Assembly (NCBI GenBank): GCA_963612025.1
Contig: CAVDUB010000001.1
Span: 75,577-139,576, forward strand
Length of the DNA: 64,000 bases
Reading direction: 5' to 3'
DNA from: a bacterium
GTDB lineage: Bacteria > Bacillota_I > Bacilli_A > RFN20 > CAG-288
Positions 45,827-56,161 of the stretch are shown piece after piece (the first letter of the stretch is position 1; each line of letters starts with the position of its first letter). Made by a program: the position numbers and the translations under genes. The notes under the pieces are model-generated. The model was not told the origin of the DNA. It saw only the letters and a program-made list of their open reading frames with translations, and searched no databases.

Positions 45827-45855
45827 ATGATACAATCTCATTCGTAAAAATTCAA
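45827..45855 (-). promoter_or_regulatory. Candidate promoter of the hypothetical-NfeD-SPFH operon
   Basis: On the minus strand the pattern is TTGAAT-17 nt-TATCAT. Confidence 0.45.
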
Positions 45856-45900
45856 GGAAATTCAAAAAAATATTATTTCGTACAAAAGAAAAAATAAGAA

Positions 45901-46007
45901 TTTTCTAGAACATCTGGAAATTATCTAGAAACATCTAGAAATATGAAAAATCACTTGCATAAAATATTCCCTATTTTCTCGGGATATTCATCTAGAAACA
46001 TCTAGAA
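45901..46007. repeat. Six copies of a 10-bp-phased direct repeat (consensus nnaTCTAGAA) in two clusters
   Basis: Four contiguous 10-mers span 45901-45940 (ttttctagaa catctggaaa ttatctagaa acatctagaa), and catctagaa-a-catctagaa spans 45989-46007. The 17-mer TCTAGAAACATCTAGAA occurs twice exactly. Confidence 0.85.
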
Positions 46008-46226
46008 GTTTTATTTCGAATGAATCGAGAACATACATTGAATTTGTTTCCTCAAATAGCAATTATTTTCTCGTTTTTTAATACCATTCATGAAGTTTTT
46101 ACACATTCCTGTTTTAGAAGAGTCGCATAACGTAACATTTGCTTCCTAGATGAAACATTCAACTTATTTAATATGTTGTGATTATGAAATTTCAAAGGTG
46201 ACATCGCTCAATTTCCCTATCTGCAA

Positions 46227-46259
46227 AGAAAAAAGGTCTGATACATATTGTATCAAACC
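46227..46259 (-). terminator. Rho-independent terminator after tRNA-Gly
   Basis: A 10-bp stem GGTTTGATAC/GTATCAGACC (one G-U pair) is followed by TTTTTT on the minus strand. Confidence 0.75.
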
Positions 46260-46272
46260 TATTCTTTTTAAA

Positions 46273-46346
46273 TGGAGCAACCGGCGGGAATCGAACCCGT
46301 ATATACAGCTTGGGAAGCTATCGTTCTACCACTGAACTACGGCTGC
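46273..46346 (-). tRNA. tRNA-Gly (anticodon CCC), CCA encoded
   Basis: The fold is GCAGCCG-TA-GTTC-AGTGGTA-GAAC-G-ATAGC-TTCCCAA-GCTGT-ATAT-ACGGG-TTCGATT-CCCGC-CGGTTGC-T-CCA. Confidence 0.88.
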
Positions 46347-46378
46347 AGAAGGCTGACAGAAGACTGTCAGCCAATTAT

Positions 46379-49300
46379 TTACTTCAGCAACTGATCGTCG
46401 ACATCGGCTTCGCTTTTCATGAAATCGTCCTCATGAACTTCGCCATCTTCTTCCTCAGCGGAGAGAAGCGGCTTGATTCCAGTACCAGCTGGAATAAGTT
46501 TACCAATCATGACGTTTTCTTTCAAGCCCAAGAGATTATCAATCTTTCCCTTGATGGCAGCATCCGTCAAGACAGAGGTTGTCTGCTGGAAGGAAGCGGC
46601 TGAGAGGAAGGATTCCGTATCCAAGGCAGCCTTGGTGATACCAAGGACAACTGGACGGCCGACAGCCGGCTTGCCGGCGTGGCGGAGAACCTTATCGTTC
46701 TTCTTGGTGAAGACAATATCGTCGACTTTCTGACCAGGAAGCAAATCCGTATCACCGGCATTGATGATGAGGAGCTTGTTGGTCATCTGACGGACAATGA
46801 TTTCAAGATGCTTGTCGGAGATATCGATACCGGCATTGCCCTTGTAGACTTCCTTGACTTCCTTGATGAGATAATTTCTCACAGTGGTCAAGTCCGTGCA
46901 TTCAAGAAGTTCCTTCGGATCGATATGGCCTTTGGTCAAAGCCTGACCGGCAAGGACCTCATCGCCGACATTGACACAAGGGACAGCGTTCGGATAGGAG
47001 ATGAATTCCATCTCTTCAAGATCATTTTTGATTGTGAAGACATGTCTCAAGCCCTGATCCTTGATTTCCGTGACTTTTCCATGGATATGGGTAATCAAGG
47101 AAAGATCCTTGGCTTTTGGATGACGAACTTCCAAAAGTTCCTGAACACGAGGCAAACCTTGTGTAATATCCGACTGACCAGCAACACCACCGGTGTGGAA
47201 GTTCTTCAAAGTCAGCTGTGTACCTGGTTCACCGATGGACTGGGCGGCCATGATACCGACCGTGTCACCGATTGTCGCCAATTTACCTGTGGCCAAGTTG
47301 CGTCCATAGCACTTGATACAGACACCATTCTTGGATTCGCAGGTAAGAATGGAACGGATTTCAACTTCTTTGACGTCCGTACTGGCAATGAGATGGGCGT
47401 CATCCTCGTTCATGCATTTATCGGCAGAGACAAGGATTTCTCCTGTTTCAGAATCGATGAAATCATGCATCAGATAACGACCGACAAGACGGTCTTCCAA
47501 AGAGGCGATGACAGCGCCATCGGCCGCCTTGAGCGTCTTGACGAAAATGCCATGATCGCAACGGCAGTCTTCCTCACGGATGACAACATTGTGAGAGACA
47601 TCAACCAAACGTCTGGTCAGATAACCAGAGTCGGCGGTCTTCAAGGCCGTATCGGAACCGTTCTTTCTCGTTCCGTGTGTAGAAGAGAAGTATTCAGAGA
47701 CAGTCAAGCCATCCGAATAGCAGTTCGTAACCGGCGTTTCGATGGCAACGCCATCGGCTTTCAACATACAGCCTTTCATACCGATCAGCTGCATATAGTT
47801 ATCAAACGAACCTCGAGCACCGGATTCCATCATCATGAACATCGGGTTGCGTGGAGAATCCTTCATTCTCTTCTTGAGCATCGGAGAAAGATCGTTCTTC
47901 TTGACGCTGTCCCAAACGGCGATGATGGCATTGTGTCTTTCATCTTCCGTGAAGAAGCCAAGATCGAAGTTCTCCTGAATCCAATTGACCTTTTCATAGG
48001 CCTTTTCATAGATTTCACGACGGCCTTCCATCGGCTTCATATCGTCTAACGAGACCGTCAAGCCAGACTTGGTGGAATAATCGAATCCCTGGTTCTTGAA
48101 GAGATCCATGATATGAGCTGTTTTGACAGCGTCTTCGTTGTAGTGATGGAAGATCTTATCCATCATGACCTGAATGCCCTTCTTATCGATTGGGGCACGA
48201 AGAGGCTGAAGTTTGCAGTATTCCTTGAAGGCATCGAAATCATCGCCATCCTGGAATTTTCCAGAAGCGATGACTGCATCATACGCTTTCGAAGCGGTAA
48301 CGAAGAATTCATCCAAAGTATGCTCGAAGTTTTCGGCATAGTGCTTCTTCGAATCCTTGTCATCTCGATAGGGGAAGTTGATGTATGGGAAATCAGACGG
48401 GAAGATCTTATTGAAGATCAATTTTCCAACTGTGGTGAGAAGATAGGAATTGTTCTGTTCTTCAGTAAATCCTGTCTTCTTGAGGGAACGGCCAGGGACA
48501 TAGACTCTGGTTCTCAAAGAGAGTTTTCCATTCTGATAGGCAAGGATTGCCGTCTCCGGATCGGTGAAGACCTTTCCTTCGAACTTCTCATAAGAACGGA
48601 ATTTTTCAGCCATGGCAGGCTCATTGCGCTTCTCATAATATTTGGCATACATCTCATCCATGTCGATGTTGTCTTCCAAGGTCAGATAGTAGTTTCCGAA
48701 AATCATATCCTGGGAAGGAACGCAGATCGGCTTGCCATCACTCGGCTTGAGGATGTTTCTGTTGGCCATCATAAGACTCATGGCTTCAGCCTGAGCCTGT
48801 CTTCCAAGCGGAACATGAACAGCCATCTGGTCACCGTCGAAGTCGGCGTTGAAGCCAGGGCAGACAAGCGGATGGAGACGGATTGCCTTGCCTTCGATGA
48901 GAATCGGCTTGAAGGCCTGAATACCCAAACGGTGAAGCGTTGGGGCACGGTTGAGAAGGACCGGATGATCCTTGGCAATCTTTTCGATTGCGTCATAGAC
49001 TCTCGGATCTCTCTTGGCGATCAATTCATCGGCCTGTCTCTGAGAGGTGACCGTAGAATCCTTGGCGAAGATCAATTCGTGAGCGATGAATGGACGGAAA
49101 AGCTGGACAGCCATTTCTCTTGGCAAACCGCATTCGTCCATATTGAGGGTCGGTCCAACAGCAATGACGGAACGACCGGAATAATCGACACGCTTACCCA
49201 AAAGGTTCTGACGGAAACGTCCTTGCTTACCCTTCAAAGTGGAGGAAAGCGACTTCAAGGTATTTCCGGAGATGGACTGGGTTGGCTTGTTTCTCTTATC

Positions 49301-50344
49301 GTTATCGATCAAGGCATCGACCGCTTCCTGAAGCATACGTTTTTCGTTGATGAGGATGACGTTTGGTGCGTGTTCTTCGATTTCATGCTTCAGACGGTTG
49401 TTCTTGATGATGACCTGACGATAGAGATCGTTGAGGTCGGAGGTGGCATAACGTCCACCATCGAGTTGCATCATCGGACGAAGATCCGGTGGAATGACAG
49501 GAAGGACAGTGAGAACCATCCATTCCGGCTTGACCTGAGAATTCTTGAAGGATTCAAGAACTTCCAATCTCTTGATCGCCTTGATTCTCTTCTGGTTCTT
49601 CTCTCCGACAGAGTTCTTCAAGTCAGCAGAAACTTCCTTGATTTCCTTGTCGAGATCGATTTCCTTGAGAAGCTTCAAGACAGCTTCAGCACCGATTCCA
49701 AATTCAGCACCGGTATATTTGTGGATGAACTTGGAGACAGTGAAGAAATCGAATGGATTCGATCTCTTGGAGATTGTCTGAATATAATTCTTGCCCTTGG
49801 CATAATCCAAATCACCATCATGAAGACGTTCGCTGGTGAGGATTTCCTGTTCGATGACCATGGCAAAGACATCACGGGCCGTATTCTCATCGAGGACCTG
49901 ACGGTATTTCAAAATCTTGGAAATACCGGCATTGGTCACGATATGCGAAACGAAATAGACAACTTCTTCAAGCTGCTTGGGAGGAATGCCCAGAGTAAGA
50001 CCCATCTTGGACGGGCTTCCCTTGGCATACCAAATATGGGTGCAAGGAAAAGCAAGGTTGATATAACCCATTCTCTCACGGCGGACGGCTTTGAGAGTGA
50101 CCTCAACGCCGCACTTTTCGCAGACTTTTCCAGCATAGGAAGATTTCTTGTATCTTCCGCAATGACATTCATAATCCTTGGCAGGACCAAAGATTTTTTC
50201 GCAGAAGAGACCATCGGGTTCCGGTTTTTGGGAACGATAGTTGATCGTTTCCGGTTTGGTGACTTCACCCTTGCCCCATTCGCGAATCTTATCCGGACTA
50301 GCAAGACCAATCTTGATTGCCTTTAAGCGGTTTAAATCAAACAT
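46379..50344 (-). CDS. rpoC: DNA-directed RNA polymerase subunit beta'
   Basis: The 1321-aa ORF contains the zinc motif CHCGRYKK...CEKCGV and the catalytic motif NADFDGDQM. Confidence 0.99.
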   Translation of the reverse strand: MFDLNRLKAIKIGLASPDKIREWGKGEVTKPETINYRSQKPEPDGLFCEKIFGPAKDYECHCGRYKKSSYAGKVCEKCGVEVTLKAVRRERMGYINLAFPCTHIWYAKGSPSKMGLTLGIPPKQLEEVVYFVSHIVTNAGISKILKYRQVLDENTARDVFAMVIEQEILTSERLHDGDLDYAKGKNYIQTISKRSNPFDFFTVSKFIHKYTGAEFGIGAEAVLKLLKEIDLDKEIKEVSADLKNSVGEKNQKRIKAIKRLEVLESFKNSQVKPEWMVLTVLPVIPPDLRPMMQLDGGRYATSDLNDLYRQVIIKNNRLKHEIEEHAPNVILINEKRMLQEAVDALIDNDKRNKPTQSISGNTLKSLSSTLKGKQGRFRQNLLGKRVDYSGRSVIAVGPTLNMDECGLPREMAVQLFRPFIAHELIFAKDSTVTSQRQADELIAKRDPRVYDAIEKIAKDHPVLLNRAPTLHRLGIQAFKPILIEGKAIRLHPLVCPGFNADFDGDQMAVHVPLGRQAQAEAMSLMMANRNILKPSDGKPICVPSQDMIFGNYYLTLEDNIDMDEMYAKYYEKRNEPAMAEKFRSYEKFEGKVFTDPETAILAYQNGKLSLRTRVYVPGRSLKKTGFTEEQNNSYLLTTVGKLIFNKIFPSDFPYINFPYRDDKDSKKHYAENFEHTLDEFFVTASKAYDAVIASGKFQDGDDFDAFKEYCKLQPLRAPIDKKGIQVMMDKIFHHYNEDAVKTAHIMDLFKNQGFDYSTKSGLTVSLDDMKPMEGRREIYEKAYEKVNWIQENFDLGFFTEDERHNAIIAVWDSVKKNDLSPMLKKRMKDSPRNPMFMMMESGARGSFDNYMQLIGMKGCMLKADGVAIETPVTNCYSDGLTVSEYFSSTHGTRKNGSDTALKTADSGYLTRRLVDVSHNVVIREEDCRCDHGIFVKTLKAADGAVIASLEDRLVGRYLMHDFIDSETGEILVSADKCMNEDDAHLIASTDVKEVEIRSILTCESKNGVCIKCYGRNLATGKLATIGDTVGIMAAQSIGEPGTQLTLKNFHTGGVAGQSDITQGLPRVQELLEVRHPKAKDLSLITHIHGKVTEIKDQGLRHVFTIKNDLEEMEFISYPNAVPCVNVGDEVLAGQALTKGHIDPKELLECTDLTTVRNYLIKEVKEVYKGNAGIDISDKHLEIIVRQMTNKLLIINAGDTDLLPGQKVDDIVFTKKNDKVLRHAGKPAVGRPVVLGITKAALDTESFLSAASFQQTTSVLTDAAIKGKIDNLLGLKENVMIGKLIPAGTGIKPLLSAEEEDGEVHEDDFMKSEADVDDQLLK

Positions 50345-50359
50345 TGTTCAGTGTCCTCC

Positions 50360-53300
50360 TTATTCATTGTCTTCTTTTTCAAAAGAAGCTTCTTCTGATT
50401 CCATATTCTGATCATCCATGAATTCAGCACTGACTTCTTCTTCCAAATGAGCATTGCGTGCTTCTTCCATATCGCGTTCATCATCATGCTTGGTGTCGAA
50501 ATTCACCATATCGTGATGCGAACGGCGGCTATCTCTTTCAGCCTCTTCAGAAATGGTATCCATATTGATGGGCTGATTTCTTTCGTCGAGAAGGTTGACA
50601 TCGATGCCGAGACCCTGCAATTCCTTGATGAGAACGCGTGTGGACTCTGGCATATTCGGCTTGGAAACCTGTTCACCTTTCAAGATGGATTCGTAGGTCT
50701 TGTTACGGCCGACCATATCATCGGACTTGATCGTCAACATTTCCTGAAGGGTATAGGCTGCGCCATAGGCTTCCAATGCCCAGACTTCCATTTCACCGAA
50801 ACGCTGACCACCGTTCTGTGCCTTACCACCCAAAGGCTGCTGTGTGACAAGAGAATACGGTCCGATGGCACGGGCATGAATCTTATCTTCGACCATGTGG
50901 TCAAGTTTGATCATATACATGACACCGACAGCGATACGGGCATCAAATCTTTCACCGGTCTGACCATCATAGAGGACAGTCTTTCCATCCGGATCGATGC
51001 CTGCTTCATGCATGAATCCTTCGATTTCCTCATTGGATGCACCATCGAAGACAGGTGTCGAAACCTTGATGCCTAATTTCTTACAGGCTAAACCAAGCTG
51101 GACTTCCAAGACCTGACCGATGTTCATACGGGAAGGAACACCCATTGGGGAGAGAAGAATGTCGACGGGCGTACCATCCGGAAGATAAGGCATATCTTCG
51201 ACAGGGAGAACCTTGGAAATAACACCCTTGTTTCCGTGACGTCCAGACATCTTATCGCCGACCTGGATTTTTCTCTTCTGGACAACGTAGACCTTGACTG
51301 ATTCAAGAACATCTGGAGAAAGGAGTTCATCACCCTTGTCTCTCGAGAAGGTCTTGACATCCAAGACGATACCTTCACCACCATGTGGGACACGCAAAGA
51401 GGTATCCTTATCTTCATCGGATTTGCTCGAGAAGATGGACTTGAGAAGGTGATCGTTATTCGTCTCCGTGCTTTCACCCTTTGGCGTCGTCTTACCGACC
51501 AAGATATCGCCTTCCTTGACTTCCGTTCCAGGAACGACAATACCTTTTTCATCCAAATAGGTTTTCTTGTCTTCGCCGAGGTTCGGAACATTGCGGGTAA
51601 ATTCCTCATCACCCAACTTTGTCTTGCGGCGATCGATTGGATATTCTTCAATGATGAGGTTTGTGAACAAATCATCATTGACACATTTTTCCGAAATGAC
51701 AACAGCGTCTTCGTAGTTGTAGCCATGCCATGTGGTGAAGGCGACAACCGCGTTCTGACCTAAGGCAAGTTCGCCCTTGTCCATACTCGGACCATTGGCG
51801 ATGATCTGACTCTCAGAGACATGTTCGCCGACTTCGACAATCGGAGTCTGCGAAATGCAGGTTCGCTTATTGGAACGGACAAAGGATCTCAATTTGTAGA
51901 TCTTCTTGGTTCCGTCATCCTGGTTGATGACAATCTGCTTGGAATCGACATAGTCGATATAACCAGGTTTTTCAGCCAAAAGAGCTTCACCAGAATCGTG
52001 GGCAATCTTTCTTTCCAAGCCGGTTCCGACAAACGGAGCTTCCGGTCTCAAAAGAGGAAGAGCCTGACGCTGCATGTTACTACCCATAAGGGCTCGCTTA
52101 CCATCATCGTTTTCCAAGAATGGAATACAGGCAGCAGCGATGGAGACAATCTGCTTTGGAGAAGCATCGATCAAATCGCAGTCTTCTGCCTTGGTGGTGA
52201 CATATTCACCATTCAAACGGGCGTTGACAACATCATCAAGGATGCGGTCTGTCTCTTTATCCACATTGACGTTTGCCTGACAGATGGTGTGATTTCTTTC
52301 CTGATCCGCGGTAAGCCAAAGGACATGGTCCTTGTCATTATCGATAATACGATTCTTGACTGGACGATATGGGGTCTGAAGGAATCCATATTCATTGACC
52401 TTGGCATAGCAGGCGAGGTTGGAAATCAAACCGATGTTCTGACCTTCTGGTGTTTCAATCGGACAGATTCTTCCGTAATGCGTCGGATGGACGTCACGGA
52501 CAGCCGAAGAAGCACGATCACGGGTCAAACCGCCACGGCCCAAAGCGGAAAGACGTCTCTTGTTGGTCAATTCAGCAAGAGGATTGGTCTGATCCATGAA
52601 CTGGGAGAGCGAATCCGAGTTGAAGAACTGGATGACGGCACTTGTCAAAGCCTTGATATTAATCAAGGAGGAAATCGACATGTTGGAAAGATCCGAGGTC
52701 GACATGCGATCATGGATGGTTCTCTTCATCTTGCTAAGGCCGGCGCGGAACTTATCCTGAATCAATTCGCCGACACAGCGGACTCTCTTATTTCCAAGAT
52801 GGTCGGTGTCATCGGTATAGCCGATGCCATCGATGAGGTTGAGCATATAGGAAAGAGATGCAATGATATCCGAAGTTGTGACATGTGTCAGATTGAGTCT
52901 CAAATCAGTACCAATGATATAGACCGTCTTTTCAGGATCCAATGGGGAGACAACCTTGACGCGATTGACAACATCATTCGTGTCGAGATCCGGATTGGCA
53001 TGAAGGTGGATGGAATGATTCTCATTGCCATCGAAGAATTTCTCCTTCTTCAATTTGGCAACATCATCAATGGAAAGGACTTTGCCTTCCTCAAAAACAA
53101 TTTCGCCTTCATTGCTGATAAGGTCTTCAGCCAATGTCTGATTGATCAAACGATCATAGATTCCCAACTTTTCATTGATCTTGAATCTTCCAGCCTTTCC
53201 GAGATCATAATGTTCATTCTCGAAGAAGCGCTGCTTCAGGGTCATAGCTGCAGACTCCGCTGTATAGGGTTCACCTGGACGGAGCTTTCTGAAAATATAG

Positions 53301-54160
53301 CCAACAGCCTGATGCATTCTTTCTTTGGCGCCTTTATCTGCCTTGACCGGATTCTTTTCAAGAGCCTTGAGAAGGAAGCTGTTCTCGCCAAAAAGGCCTA
53401 ACACACCCGTGACTTCTCCAGAAGGAGTGCCATCAGCATTGTTCGGCAGTTCAGTATCATTCAGTTGATCGGAATCGGAAACAATTCCCAGAGCACGGAG
53501 GAGGACAAGGGCCGGGACTTTTTTCTGTTTGTCGATACGGACGGAGACAAAATCACGATTATCCGTCAAATATTCCAACCAGATACCTCTGGCAGGGATG
53601 ATGTTGGAACCATAGACGATGTTGATTTCATTCTTAGCATCGGTATCGGTTTTCTTCAAGGTGACTTCATCCATTTCCTTGGAGACATAAGCACCCGGAG
53701 AACGGACAAGCTGAGAAGCGATGCATTTCTCAGATCCATTGATGATGAATGTGCCAGATGGAGTGATCCAAGGGAAATCGCCCATGAAGATTTTTTCTTC
53801 GACGATCGTTCCATCCGGATGTTTCAGACGAAGCGTGACATGAAGTGGAGCTGAATAGGTCAACGCGGAGACTTTACACTCAAAATACCCGTGTTTCTCA
53901 TCCGCAGAACCCCACTGGGCATTCACGTAATCCAATTCAGCAATTTCTTCTGCATCGGTTTCGCGGCCGCGGGTATCTTTGTTGGAGAAAATCGGGAAAA
54001 TATCTCTGAAAACTTCATCGACGCCAGTTTCAGTGAACCATTTGAACGATTCCGTCTGAACAGCACAAAGATTGGGAAGCGGAACCGTGGAGAAAGTCTT
54101 ACTGAGATCCAAACGGCCTGTTTCCGTCTTCTGATATTTATTAATGTCAAATCTTTCCAT
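50360..54160 (-). CDS. rpoB: DNA-directed RNA polymerase subunit beta
   Basis: The 1266-aa ORF contains conserved blocks (GRHGNKGV, FGEMEVWALEAYGAA). Confidence 0.99.
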   Translation of the reverse strand: MERFDINKYQKTETGRLDLSKTFSTVPLPNLCAVQTESFKWFTETGVDEVFRDIFPIFSNKDTRGRETDAEEIAELDYVNAQWGSADEKHGYFECKVSALTYSAPLHVTLRLKHPDGTIVEEKIFMGDFPWITPSGTFIINGSEKCIASQLVRSPGAYVSKEMDEVTLKKTDTDAKNEINIVYGSNIIPARGIWLEYLTDNRDFVSVRIDKQKKVPALVLLRALGIVSDSDQLNDTELPNNADGTPSGEVTGVLGLFGENSFLLKALEKNPVKADKGAKERMHQAVGYIFRKLRPGEPYTAESAAMTLKQRFFENEHYDLGKAGRFKINEKLGIYDRLINQTLAEDLISNEGEIVFEEGKVLSIDDVAKLKKEKFFDGNENHSIHLHANPDLDTNDVVNRVKVVSPLDPEKTVYIIGTDLRLNLTHVTTSDIIASLSYMLNLIDGIGYTDDTDHLGNKRVRCVGELIQDKFRAGLSKMKRTIHDRMSTSDLSNMSISSLINIKALTSAVIQFFNSDSLSQFMDQTNPLAELTNKRRLSALGRGGLTRDRASSAVRDVHPTHYGRICPIETPEGQNIGLISNLACYAKVNEYGFLQTPYRPVKNRIIDNDKDHVLWLTADQERNHTICQANVNVDKETDRILDDVVNARLNGEYVTTKAEDCDLIDASPKQIVSIAAACIPFLENDDGKRALMGSNMQRQALPLLRPEAPFVGTGLERKIAHDSGEALLAEKPGYIDYVDSKQIVINQDDGTKKIYKLRSFVRSNKRTCISQTPIVEVGEHVSESQIIANGPSMDKGELALGQNAVVAFTTWHGYNYEDAVVISEKCVNDDLFTNLIIEEYPIDRRKTKLGDEEFTRNVPNLGEDKKTYLDEKGIVVPGTEVKEGDILVGKTTPKGESTETNNDHLLKSIFSSKSDEDKDTSLRVPHGGEGIVLDVKTFSRDKGDELLSPDVLESVKVYVVQKRKIQVGDKMSGRHGNKGVISKVLPVEDMPYLPDGTPVDILLSPMGVPSRMNIGQVLEVQLGLACKKLGIKVSTPVFDGASNEEIEGFMHEAGIDPDGKTVLYDGQTGERFDARIAVGVMYMIKLDHMVEDKIHARAIGPYSLVTQQPLGGKAQNGGQRFGEMEVWALEAYGAAYTLQEMLTIKSDDMVGRNKTYESILKGEQVSKPNMPESTRVLIKELQGLGIDVNLLDERNQPINMDTISEEAERDSRRSHHDMVNFDTKHDDERDMEEARNAHLEEEVSAEFMDDQNMESEEASFEKEDNE

Positions 54161-54335
54161 ATATTTACCTCGTGTCTTTCTTTCCGTTCACACTACGGGA
54201 CTAAAGTTGTTTAAGGCTTTTTCGAATAAAAAAGTCGAGCTTTTCGTGTGTAATCTGCCCGACTCCTTATAGACAACTAAGCCCACACCTCCCAAAAGGG
54301 CGATGTGGGACTAGGATACGCAAGTGAAATACGGA

Positions 54336-54707
54336 TTACTTGACTTCGACTTCAGCACCAACAGCGGTGAGCTGCTTGGCAATTTCTTCGCCCTCGGAAG
54401 GAGAGACCTTTTCCTTGATGGCGACAGGAGCCTTGTCAACAAGCTTCTTGGCATCCATAAGGCCTAAGCCAGTGATGGCCTGAACAGCCTTGATGACCTG
54501 AACCTTGGAAGCGCCAACACCCTTGAGGGTAACTGTGACTTCGCTCGGTCCTTCAGCGGCAGCGGCACCAGCACCGGCAGCAACAGCAACACCGGCAGCA
54601 GCCTTGACACCGAATTCTTCTTCGATAGCATGGACAAGATCCATGATTTCGACCATGTTCATTTCCTTCAAACCGGCAATGACATCTTCTTTAACTAATT
54701 TAGCCAT
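54336..54707 (-). CDS. rplL: 50S ribosomal protein L7/L12
   Basis: The sequence reads MAKLVKEDVIAGLKEMNMVEIMDLV..., with an Ala-rich hinge and ...GAEVEVK at the C-terminus. Confidence 0.98.
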   Translation of the reverse strand: MAKLVKEDVIAGLKEMNMVEIMDLVHAIEEEFGVKAAAGVAVAAGAGAAAAEGPSEVTVTLKGVGASKVQVIKAVQAITGLGLMDAKKLVDKAPVAIKEKVSPSEGEEIAKQLTAVGAEVEVK

Positions 54708-54762
54708 TTTAGTTTTCCTCCATTAATGGTTTTTTTCATTCAACGAAATACGACAGCGCCGA

Positions 54763-55281
54763 TTATTCGGCAAGAGCCTGGGCACCTTCCGGATCGTTCT
54801 TCTTGCCAACTTCCTTGACAGTAAGGGCAAACTGAACGAGCGGGGCTTCCAAGACAGACAAGAGACGGCTGAGAGCACCTTCCTTGCCACCGACATTTGC
54901 CAAATCATTGAGCTTGTCAGCGTCGCAGAAACTGCCATCGATCATACCGCCCTTCACAGCGAAATTCTTCTTATGGGCTTTGGCAAATTCACCTAAGACA
55001 TCCAATCCAGCTCCAGCTTCATCAGCGGTAACCAAGGCAGACGGTCCTTTGAACAAAGAATCCAATTCAGATAAGCCATCTTCATCGACAGCTTTCTTCA
55101 TAAGGGAATTCTTCTGGACAGAAAGTTTGGCACCAGCCTTCTTCAAGCCAGCTCTGAGTTGGTTGACATCAGCGACAGACAAAGCAGAATAAGAGACAAC
55201 AACTGTGGTGTGAGAAGTTTTGAGAACATCGTTTAACTTCGAGACGATTTCCTTCTTCTCAGCTAAGATCTGCTGATTCAT
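54763..55281 (-). CDS. rplJ: 50S ribosomal protein L10
   Basis: Both its position and its sequence fit L10 (VVVSYSALSVADVNQLR). Confidence 0.97.
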   Translation of the reverse strand: MNQQILAEKKEIVSKLNDVLKTSHTTVVVSYSALSVADVNQLRAGLKKAGAKLSVQKNSLMKKAVDEDGLSELDSLFKGPSALVTADEAGAGLDVLGEFAKAHKKNFAVKGGMIDGSFCDADKLNDLANVGGKEGALSRLLSVLEAPLVQFALTVKEVGKKNDPEGAQALAE

Positions 55282-55463
55282 CTTTTCACCTCCTCATTTT
55301 GGTTTGGTGTATAGAACAATATACTTTATTGACTTTTAAGCATAGTTACTCAATTCAATCCTCGGTAACATATTGAGCCGTTTATTTATCGGCAGTTACT
55401 GTCTTAGGTATATTGAGACACCCGAATCATTCGGAAACGACACAACTATAAAATAGTTAGAAA
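55282..55463 (-). promoter_or_regulatory. Structured rplJ 5' leader (possible L10-leader autoregulatory RNA)
   Basis: This 180-nt spacer between rplA and rplJ has several hairpins (CCGAAtgaTTCGG; GCCGataaataaaCGGC; GTAAC...GTTAC). The assignment rests on position and structure only. Confidence 0.35.
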
Positions 55464-56141
55464 TTAGAGAGCAATCTTAATGGCTGGGCCATAAGTGCTG
55501 GAAATGGTTGCAGAGAGAATGTAGGTACCCTTGACAGCAACCGGCTTGATCTTGTTGACCGTATCGATGATGGTCTTCAAGTTCTCAGCAAGCTTCTCAG
55601 TATCGAAGCTGGCCTTGCCGAAGTTGATGGAGAGGTTTCCATCCTTATCATTACGATAAGAGATTTTACCATTCTTGATTTCCTTGATGGCAGAAGCAAT
55701 ATCCGGAGTGACAGTTCCAGTCTTCGGGTTCGGCATCAAGCCTTTCGGACCCAAGACACGACCCATACGGCCTAAGAGACCCATCATATTCGGAGTGGCA
55801 ACGATGACATCGAAATCAAACCAATTTTCTTTCTGAATCTTATCGAGCATGTCCTGCTGACCAACATAATCAGCACCGGCAGCCGTAGCATCACTCACTT
55901 TATCGGTGATGGCCAAGACTCTGACAGTCTTACCATTTCCGTGAGGAAGAGTGATGGTTCCTCTCAACTGCTGATCAGCCTGTTTTGGATCGATATTGAG
56001 ATTGAAACTGACATCGATGGATTCATCGAATTTGGCAGTTGCAGTCTTCTTGACCAATTCGCAAGCTTCAGCGACGGTATACTTCTTGTCTTTCTCAATT
56101 AAAGCTAAAGAAGCAGCATATTTTTTAGATAATTTTTTCAT
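55464..56141 (-). CDS. rplA: 50S ribosomal protein L1
   Basis: L1-like sequence is present (FDESIDVSFNLNIDPKQADQQLRG). Confidence 0.98.
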   Translation of the reverse strand: MKKLSKKYAASLALIEKDKKYTVAEACELVKKTATAKFDESIDVSFNLNIDPKQADQQLRGTITLPHGNGKTVRVLAITDKVSDATAAGADYVGQQDMLDKIQKENWFDFDVIVATPNMMGLLGRMGRVLGPKGLMPNPKTGTVTPDIASAIKEIKNGKISYRNDKDGNLSINFGKASFDTEKLAENLKTIIDTVNKIKPVAVKGTYILSATISSTYGPAIKIAL

Positions 56142-56161
56142 AACCCATGTTCTCCTTTAGA

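Noticed and set aside
45901-46007. I considered whether these repeats form a CRISPR array.
   Set aside because: The repeats are only 10-17 bp and are contiguous or irregularly spaced. There are no unique spacers of CRISPR size and no cas genes in the window.
46679-50326. Plus-strand ORFs of 456 aa and 737 aa lie inside rpoC.
   Set aside because: They are antisense to the highly conserved beta' gene. They have no recognisable motifs and odd composition. The same phenomenon occurs in rpoB (51821-53401, 526 aa), the ABC genes (38434-39645), ffh (60574-61425) and ftsY (62292-63110).
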